From positions 1 to 64,000 of the IMG/VR virus record IMGVR_UViG_3300027850_000169: a stretch of DNA of 64,000 nt; one strand, given 5' to 3'. A program made the translations under genes and the position numbers. Below are positions 57,380 through 64,000 of the stretch, one piece after another. The notes under the pieces are model-generated. The model made no database searches, was not told where the DNA came from, and saw only the letters and a program-made list of their open reading frames with translations. Positions within the stretch are counted from its first letter, which is position 1. Each line of letters begins with the position of its first letter. This stretch comes from a virus.

Positions 57380-57721
57380 TTATAACAACCTCCGTAAGTT
57401 TTCTGCAAACTTCCTTTCCCAATCAAACCGTCTCAACGCTTCCCAAGTCCAAGGTCTGCCCGGTCTACTGCTTCCATTCCGGTAAGTTACTCCTTCGTGG
57501 AGGTAGATTGCATAGTTAACACCCCATATATAATTAGCGAGAAACCTAGTAGGGAAAAGTGGTAGTTGACTAGCTCTGAATGCTCCTGTGTCCACGATAT
57601 CACCACTGTAATCTGGAAAAGCGCCAGGTTCAGAAATAACTTGCGTCATCTCCGCCCCAAACTGAAAAGAGGTTTGTTTAAAAGCTTGCTCGATTTTGTT
57701 TTCCAATTCTTGCAGTGACAT
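57380..57721 (-). CDS. HK97 gp10-like tail completion protein
   Basis: IVDTGAFRAS, YAIYLHEG, PGRPW. Confidence 0.7.
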   Translation of the reverse strand: MSLQELENKIEQAFKQTSFQFGAEMTQVISEPGAFPDYSGDIVDTGAFRASQLPLFPTRFLANYIWGVNYAIYLHEGVTYRNGSSRPGRPWTWEALRRFDWERKFAENLRRLL

Positions 57722-58093
57722 TAATCAATCTCCAAATAGCTGGTTGCCCAGCTTGGGACTTTTCCTTCTTTCGATAACTGAGAGAAGGTGTCAGATACAT
57801 AGCCTGGAATTCCGGCATTCATTTCATCAAAACTTTCAAGCATTTTAGCGTAAGGGTTAAACCATTCAATCTTTGGGTTTTTAACTCCCTGAGAGGACAA
57901 GGTTGCGACTCCTAGACCTGCGATTGGGATAGCACTTTGATTGGCATTCTCTAGTAAATGTTTATCAATCGCCCTCAAGGCTTGAAAGACTAAAGTTAAT
58001 GGTTGATATGCAAAATTATCAGCATTAAATCGAGCATCATTGGGGAAATAGAATTGCAACTTCCACCAATATCCAGCCCAATCTATTTTTTTT
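57721..58093 (-). CDS. Tail assembly chaperone, -1 frameshift extension (gpT-like)
   Basis: The -1 frame is open from A-AAA-AAA: ...PEKK-IDWAGYWWKLQFYFP. Confidence 0.75.
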
Positions 58094-58541
58094 CAGGCTT
58101 GGCCACAGCATCTATTTCAGCTTGCTGCTCTGGCGATGGAGGAACTTCTAGCTTGCGTTCTTTCCATCCACTTTTTTCATCAATCGTGAAATATTCATAG
58201 ATGGCATGAACTAACAACGATGACATCGGACGCTTGGCTTTACTACTTTTGGACGGCATAACCAAAACTTCTTCTTTCGACAAAAACTCGTTTGGCTTCT
58301 TGCCAGCCCGAAACTGCAAAAGTTGAGAAACAATTTCTGATTCAGCCGCGCTCATAGGTAGCTTTTGACCGTCCTTATCTTTTTCTGCGTTGAGGATGTA
58401 AGTGTTAAGTAAATCTTCCTCAATCCAGGTTAAACTACCGTATTTTGGTAATATAATTTCATTGCCAATACCATCGGATACCGCGTGAGTGCCGGGGTCT
58501 TCTTGATAAGATTTGAACGGGAATAAGTTATCTTCTGGCAT
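58083..58541 (-). CDS. Tail assembly chaperone (gpG-like)
   Basis: Follows the tail tube gene; ends in a slippery A8 run. Confidence 0.75.
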   Translation of the reverse strand: MPEDNLFPFKSYQEDPGTHAVSDGIGNEIILPKYGSLTWIEEDLLNTYILNAEKDKDGQKLPMSAAESEIVSQLLQFRAGKKPNEFLSKEEVLVMPSKSSKAKRPMSSLLVHAIYEYFTIDEKSGWKERKLEVPPSPEQQAEIDAVAKPEKK

Positions 58542-58544
58542 AAT

Positions 58545-58769
58545 TTAGTGATTGATTGGTAGCTCAATATTCAGATTCACAAGATTTAAACTGTCAGGTA
58601 ATCGAACCGTTATTCGCTTGACAGAATCACCATCCTTCAAAATGCAAACGGTTCCTTGGATTTTGGTTTTTCTTACTAACAGAATTCCGACCTGTACATT
58701 GCCCTCGGTAGCCCAACAATGACAAGCAAATACATCCAAGGAACGCAAGCACCTAAAAAATTGCCGCAT
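58545..58769 (-). CDS. Hypothetical protein
   Basis: 74 aa, tightly packed in the operon. Confidence 0.55.
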   Translation of the reverse strand: MRQFFRCLRSLDVFACHCWATEGNVQVGILLVRKTKIQGTVCILKDGDSVKRITVRLPDSLNLVNLNIELPINH

Positions 58770-58773
58770 AAGC

Positions 58774-59472
58774 TTAAACAGCTACGGGAACTGGGTCTGT
58801 TTCAACTATCTTCCCAAGTAGGGTTATATCCATGTCTGCGTTGATGAACCCATCGTCCGGCGCGCCTTCCTTGATACCAGTACAAACGGCAGGGCCTTCA
58901 ATACGGTCGCCTGCCGTATAGGCATCAGTAGGCGCGGGCATTTCGCGAATCAAATGAAATTCGCGGTCATTCTCAGCACACCATTTGATTGTTTTATAGC
59001 CTGCATTCTTGAAATAATACAGACCAGGTAACGAGATTTTTTTCTCAACGCCTGTGATGATACCGTCTTGAGCGCCACCAGTATTAAACGTGGTCACGCC
59101 AGAGAAGTTGTAACTCCGGTCAAGGTCGGCACTTTTTCTATCCCAAATATAGGTAGGGAATTCGGCAATTGCGCCAGTAGGAATTGCTTCAGGTAAAACT
59201 ACAACAGTTAGGGAGGTTGCATTGGCCGCAGTAGTTGTATCAACTTGACAGAGAAATTCTTCGCCATCAGTTCCCACAAACATTAAGTATTGGCCTTTCT
59301 GGATAATCCCAGTCAATCCGGCGACTGTGATTGAAGTTGCACCCTTCGCGGCTGCCGTTGCCGTTAGCGTAGACTTTATGGGTTTTGTTCGTTTACCTTT
59401 GGGAAGGACGGCAACATATATCTCGGTTGCCTTTCCTTCTACCGGAGCGTGAGAAGCCAGTCTTACAGCCAT
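58774..59472 (-). CDS. Major tail (tube) protein
   Basis: Position before the chaperones; tube-like pattern with inserted beta domain. Confidence 0.7.
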   Translation of the reverse strand: MAVRLASHAPVEGKATEIYVAVLPKGKRTKPIKSTLTATAAAKGATSITVAGLTGIIQKGQYLMFVGTDGEEFLCQVDTTTAANATSLTVVVLPEAIPTGAIAEFPTYIWDRKSADLDRSYNFSGVTTFNTGGAQDGIITGVEKKISLPGLYYFKNAGYKTIKWCAENDREFHLIREMPAPTDAYTAGDRIEGPAVCTGIKEGAPDDGFINADMDITLLGKIVETDPVPVAV

Positions 59473-59516
59473 TTACTTTAAGAATATTAACCGTACTATT
59501 ATTAGTATCAACAAAA

Positions 59517-59927
59517 TTACCTTTGCCAATTGATGACAGCAGATTCTTTCAAGTAAAACGATTGACTCTCAACTGTTTGCATAGACCCGTCAGCCAAGAT
59601 TCGAGGCCCTATTCTTTGTACCAAGTCCCAAAGATTCGCAACTAATAAATCGTGAGCAAAGGTTGTATCTTTTGTCAAATTCCACTGATTCACAACCAAC
59701 CTACTTTCATGCTCAAGCAATGTTCCGCCCAACAAAAATCTAATATTGGTTGAAATGCGAGGGTAAATAACCACTTCCAATCCCGTGATATTTGTTCCGG
59801 GCTGTGGATAAGGCCTGTTTGAAGCGATAGCAATCGCGGGAACAGAAGTATTGTTAGCAAAAGTATAGACCCCTAATTCGCTTGCCAACACTTTGATAAT
59901 TCGTTCTCGCAATTTGCTATAATCCAT
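59517..59927 (-). CDS. Putative tail terminator
   Basis: Size and position before the tube gene. Confidence 0.5.
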   Translation of the reverse strand: MDYSKLRERIIKVLASELGVYTFANNTSVPAIAIASNRPYPQPGTNITGLEVVIYPRISTNIRFLLGGTLLEHESRLVVNQWNLTKDTTFAHDLLVANLWDLVQRIGPRILADGSMQTVESQSFYLKESAVINWQR

Positions 59928-60298
59928 TATTCAATGACCGAGGCTTCTATTTTAAGTTTACCTTCTTCTACTACAACGTCTTGAGTTCCAATTGAGCGCT
60001 GAATTCCGTAAATTAAGCTCAAGCCGCTTTCAAGGCTTTCGGTATCAGAACCAGCTATAACAAAAGTTGCACTTAACGAGTTTGTTCCGATTGTAGTTGT
60101 CATTGCAGCACCCGCAACCGTAAGAACTGCCGCAGAGTCAGGGTCTGTTATCAATTGTTTGGCCAAGAATTTTAACGTTGCACCTGTTTGGTTTGCGCCT
60201 TGGATGACAATTTGACAAAAATAATCTTTCCCCATTTTTAGCGATTGACCGTCAGCGTCTTCATCGTCAATTGTGAATCGAGAATAATTTTTAAGCAT
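59927..60298 (-). CDS. Virion protein (BppU-N-like)
   Basis: GATLKF.AK, DT..L, YGIQ, EGKLKI. Confidence 0.45.
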   Translation of the reverse strand: MLKNYSRFTIDDEDADGQSLKMGKDYFCQIVIQGANQTGATLKFLAKQLITDPDSAAVLTVAGAAMTTTIGTNSLSATFVIAGSDTESLESGLSLIYGIQRSIGTQDVVVEEGKLKIEASVIE

Positions 60299-60300
60299 CG

Positions 60301-60990
60301 TTAATCCTTGGCTAAAATAAGGGTTCCACTTGCAACATTAGCCCTTTGACTGATTGTGCTATTTTCAACTATTACCACAAAATCAAACTCTGACTCTGTA
60401 CCAGAAAAAATAACTTGATTAGGGCGTAACTGCAAGGCTGCCAAAAGTAATATTTTCCCATCTCCCAAATCTTGAACAAAGTCAGTTATTATTCCACCTG
60501 GCGCCCCGAACCTGGTTTTAGTCAAAATAACGACATCTGTTCCAGGTTGGTTGATTTTAAAAATTACTTGCAGTAATTCAACGGCTAAAACGGTTGTTTC
60601 TGTAAAGTTAATTGCTAAGCTGATTTGATGGGAATTACCCTGTCTTAGACTCTGCCGGTGCAAGTTTTTCCCAACACAAGAAATTGCCGCTGTGGGCGCT
60701 GGCGATTCGGGCCAAATAGCTAGACTACTGCAAACAGTTTCGGTTTCAGTATCAATCAAGCTTGCCGGAAAGTGTTTGATAAGCGCGGTAGCTTTACCAT
60801 TTGACTCCGTTCCTACCTCTCCTAACCATTGACTTGATAGAAACCATTTAAGACCTAGCTCGGTCGCCATAGATTCGGTCTCTGAAACTGTTGCAGCGTC
60901 AGGATAAATACGTTTCCTTAGTCCCGATGCTAATATTTCAACAGTTTCAGTTTCGGTTAGCGCTGGTGCAGCGGGGAAAAACTGGGGCAT
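60301..60990 (-). CDS. Hypothetical virion protein
   Basis: 229 aa in the head-tail region. Confidence 0.55.
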   Translation of the reverse strand: MPQFFPAAPALTETETVEILASGLRKRIYPDAATVSETESMATELGLKWFLSSQWLGEVGTESNGKATALIKHFPASLIDTETETVCSSLAIWPESPAPTAAISCVGKNLHRQSLRQGNSHQISLAINFTETTVLAVELLQVIFKINQPGTDVVILTKTRFGAPGGIITDFVQDLGDGKILLLAALQLRPNQVIFSGTESEFDFVVIVENSTISQRANVASGTLILAKD

Positions 60991-61038
60991 GATAATAAAC
61001 CAAGAATTTAAAAAGGCATTTCAACAATACCCTTTCGA

Positions 61039-61839
61039 TTATTTAAGTTGGAAAGTGAACGAACCCGCCTGTAGAATCATTTGCGCGTTAGTAGCCATGT
61101 TTACGTTTGGAACAAGAGGGGCGCTAGCAAGATATGGCCCACCATCCTCTGAACCAAATAAAGCGACATGAGAAATATTACCTTGAGCGCTTGCACTTAT
61201 TGGAAATTGTAAGTTTAGAGCGGTTCCCAAACTACCATTTACGGCTGAGGTAAATGAAGTCTTATTATTGTTAAGTGCTTGCCTAACGTATTCAGCAGCG
61301 GCGGGTTCGATTCCGCTGGCGGTCGCCGTTGGCGCTGAACTCGTGTATCCCGCCCACAGAATTGGCTCAAGCGGCAAAGGTGTACCCAAGTAAAGGTAGT
61401 TCATAATCGCAGTTCGCCAGTATTGACTGTAGTGCGAAGTAGCTTTAAATCTATGGGTGATAACACCAGCAGGGATTATTAAACTATTTCGATTCTGAAT
61501 AGTTAAAGACCCGTCTATCGGGATGAAAAGCAACGGGTTTCCGCCCACACTGGAATCGTAAATAGTCAAAGCGACTGGAGTTCCTTGGGCCCCGGATGCT
61601 CTTGGCATTTCCAGGTCTGCAATATTAGTGACCGTGCCATCTACAGCTACGCTCCAAACGGTTGGAATAGCGCTAATTCGAGCGTAGTTAGCGCCAACAG
61701 GTTCGGTTCCAAAACCGTTTGGAGCCGATGCTGTCATCGTGTACCCGATATGCTTGCTCGGTGGTGGAAAATTAATCCCACCGAGCAATGCGTCTTGGAT
61801 TTTGTTAGCAAGCCAGCCTGATATCGTTCCGTTAGCCAT
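61039..61839 (-). CDS. Virion structural protein with two homologous domains
   Basis: Duplicated GYT.SAP...G.EP..A.Y.R ... GG..L. Confidence 0.65.
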   Translation of the reverse strand: MANGTISGWLANKIQDALLGGINFPPPSKHIGYTMTASAPNGFGTEPVGANYARISAIPTVWSVAVDGTVTNIADLEMPRASGAQGTPVALTIYDSSVGGNPLLFIPIDGSLTIQNRNSLIIPAGVITHRFKATSHYSQYWRTAIMNYLYLGTPLPLEPILWAGYTSSAPTATASGIEPAAAEYVRQALNNNKTSFTSAVNGSLGTALNLQFPISASAQGNISHVALFGSEDGGPYLASAPLVPNVNMATNAQMILQAGSFTFQLK

Positions 61840-62044
61840 TGCCTTCTACCTCTTTTGGTGGCTTATTCTTTGCCTTGGATTCAAGCAAAAGTTGTTGCTG
61901 AGGTTCGGTGGGTAGATTGGGAGATATCGGGATTGCTTTTTCTTCAATCTTTGTGTGGAAAGCTTCGTCAAAATCCGTAGTTTCAATTAGTACAAAATCT
62001 AACTCAGGACGGCGATTGTCTTTAACTTTGATTAGTTCAACCAT
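61832..62044 (-). CDS. Small head-associated protein
   Basis: Directly after the capsid gene. Confidence 0.5.
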   Translation of the reverse strand: MVELIKVKDNRRPELDFVLIETTDFDEAFHTKIEEKAIPISPNLPTEPQQQLLLESKAKNKPPKEVEGNG

Positions 62045-62055
62045 GATTTTGACCT

Positions 62056-63198
62056 TTACCCTAAGATTCTACAGGCACATTCGGGCCTGATAACAGCACA
62101 TCCGTAGAGAACGTCGAAACAGAATTTTGTCTGTTTGTATTCGCGAGAAATCTCCAACCGCATTGTCATTCCCGACAGGTCATCGGTAAAAGATTCAATC
62201 CGATTTCCGATTGGGTCAATGTCTAACAATGGGCGAACAGCAAGCGCAAAGGAGTCTCGGTGGAAAGCCATGTTGACGACGTGACTAGCTACAACCGTGA
62301 TAGCTGTACTCGCAGCGGGAGCAGTTTTTAGTGCTGGAGAAATTGGCCAACTTGTTAAGGTAGCGTCCTTTCCTACAACGTAGCCGTTCGGGTCGCCTGC
62401 AATCTTGAACAAATCACCTTCGGCAGGTGCGACTGTTGCACCAGAAACAGTTAAAGTTTTCACCCCAATCGTGTTGGCTGCGCCCGTCGTAACAATCGTA
62501 CCCGCAGCTTGGGTTACGTGAGTAAGGGAGTTTTGGGTCATGTACCAGTCAAAGCCAAGTTTTCGACCAATCATCCCCTCTTGAATTGTTGCAACAGAAC
62601 CAGAGTCGGATGCAGAAATAAATTGAGGGAGTGAGGTTGCGTTTGCCTCAGCATCAACATCTAAGATAATTCGGCGGTCAGCCATTGGAGCAAGTTGTCG
62701 GTTCAGAACTTTTCTTGCTTCTTGTGCTGCACCCAACCCACGATGTGAGGCATAAGTTCCAGCTACTTCCGGTTGAAAAGGTGTTTGTCCAGCGGTTCCG
62801 GCGATACCTGGAATCTGTTTGTACAAACCCATAATTGACTTGTCAATCGAGTTCGCCAAACTACGAGCGGCTTCGAGAACTTGCAAATTTTGAAATCCAT
62901 CCATTACTTGAAGAAGGTCTTTGTCTGTCATCGCAAATTCAACCTTCTTCCACTGGTCAAGCTTTACTTGCACCATGCTCGGCGAAATTGCTGGAGCGGG
63001 GTAGGGGATGTGATTGGGAATTACATCTACGGCATCGCCCATGCTGGAAGGAATTGGAACATCGACAGTTGAACCGCGTTGCCTTGCGTCGGTGTCAAAG
63101 TTTCGATTAACGAGCGCACCCATGATTGAGTTTTCGCGCAACGCCACAATACCTTGGGCGAGAATTTTAGGGATTACTGCTTCTAAATTATTAGCCAC
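62056..63198 (-). CDS. Major capsid protein (P22 coat-like)
   Basis: LVNRNFD..RGSTVDVPIP, SLANSID, EGMIGRKLGFDWYMTQN, FDVLYG..VIRPE. Confidence 0.9.
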   Translation of the reverse strand: MANNLEAVIPKILAQGIVALRENSIMGALVNRNFDTDARQRGSTVDVPIPSSMGDAVDVIPNHIPYPAPAISPSMVQVKLDQWKKVEFAMTDKDLLQVMDGFQNLQVLEAARSLANSIDKSIMGLYKQIPGIAGTAGQTPFQPEVAGTYASHRGLGAAQEARKVLNRQLAPMADRRIILDVDAEANATSLPQFISASDSGSVATIQEGMIGRKLGFDWYMTQNSLTHVTQAAGTIVTTGAANTIGVKTLTVSGATVAPAEGDLFKIAGDPNGYVVGKDATLTSWPISPALKTAPAASTAITVVASHVVNMAFHRDSFALAVRPLLDIDPIGNRIESFTDDLSGMTMRLEISREYKQTKFCFDVLYGCAVIRPECACRILG

Positions 63199-63344
63199 TT
63201 TTTTGTAAATGAAGAGGGGAGTATTCAGCCGCGCTCCGAATCACTCGTAGAAGAAAGGCATCACGCCAACCTTGGGCTAACTTTATAGTCAACAAAAAAG
63301 CCGGAGACCGTCCGGCTTGTAAGATATTCAGCAAAAAGTTTTGA

Positions 63345-64000
63345 TTATCGGGTAATAATTGCCTTGCCAGAGGCAATATCATCCATACTGGCACGACCAT
63401 TTCGAGCTTGCTCTACTGAATAAACTTTAACCTGTTTTCCGTTTGAGCTAACCGTTGGAGTTGCACCCGTGCCAGAGTTGGTATTTTCAGGTTCAAACAG
63501 CACGCCCGTCGAACCCTTTTTCAGTTCAATCATTTTTTCACCGATTGACTTCGGCCGTCCATCGCTATTCATCTCAGTATTTCCGACCGAATTGAGGAAG
63601 ACAATTTTGCCGTCTTCTTCTAGCTTGATGCGTTTTTGAAGTACAGATAAAATCGTTTCAACAGGTGTAATGTCTTCCATGCCTTGTGCTGTCAAGTCAA
63701 AACTTGACTTTCTGCCACCAGCCTCAAAAAAAGCTTTTTCAATTGCTGTCGTTGTACGCAGATTGTTGATTTCATTTTTTAGCTCGGAAGCTTGTTTCCG
63801 AGCCATCTCTGTCTCTGTTAAGTATTGCTTTTTCGCTTTTTCGTACTCCCTTCGCATTAGCAAGTCTTGCTCTTCTCTTTCTTCATTAGCTAGTTTTAGC
63901 TTTTGGTATTTGTCTGGGTCAATAGCTTTGACTCTCTCCAACTGAGCCAAAAGCTCTTGTTCTTTGGCGGATTTTTCGTTAAGTAACTTTTGTATCGCTG
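63345..64000 (-). CDS. Capsid scaffolding protein (partial, starts beyond the right edge)
   Basis: Coiled coil, IDPDKY, LFEP...SGTGA, upstream of the capsid gene; frame open to the edge. Confidence 0.7.
   Translation of the reverse strand, partial: AIQKLLNEKSAKEQELLAQLERVKAIDPDKYQKLKLANEEREEQDLLMRREYEKAKKQYLTETEMARKQASELKNEINNLRTTTAIEKAFFEAGGRKSSFDLTAQGMEDITPVETILSVLQKRIKLEEDGKIVFLNSVGNTEMNSDGRPKSIGEKMIELKKGSTGVLFEPENTNSGTGATPTVSSNGKQVKVYSVEQARNGRASMDDIASGKAIITR

Overview
Part of a large temperate-looking siphovirus, prophage or phage-plasmid, most likely of a filamentous cyanobacterium (inferred from cyanobacterial-type CRISPR repeat and leader, IS ends and DndC). Morphogenesis genes run on the minus strand: scaffold, P22-like capsid, tail tube, -1 frameshifted tail chaperones, lysis genes, 2000-aa tape measure, tail proteins and tail fibre. 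Two large accessory blocks (about 10.9-20.3 kb and 26.9-55.5 kb) split this module. The standout locus is 47.1-50.7 kb: a leader plus 19-repeat CRISPR array ends 8 bp from a convergent 611-aa C2c8 (type V-U2)-like RuvC protein, and no cas1/2/4/6 is present in the window. Divergent from the effector is an unannotated ~195-nt GNRA-rich RNA that contains an anti-repeat and ends in the last 10 nt of the CRISPR repeat, i.e. a candidate natural single-guide or omegaRNA-tracrRNA intermediate. Other cargo: a Csx15-like ring-nuclease homologue (candidate anti-type-III), an orphan dndC, a ParB/methyltransferase/IbrA/IbrB operon, sulfotransferase/AAA/GT2 genes, an FtsK/VirD4-like membrane module, two replication-initiator-like genes with antisense-RNA architecture, a tnpB-only IS, a 496-bp non-autonomous IS605-type element with RNA cargo, seven copies of a strong promoter cassette, and marked GATC avoidance. 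Family assignments rest on motif recognition only; no searches were run.
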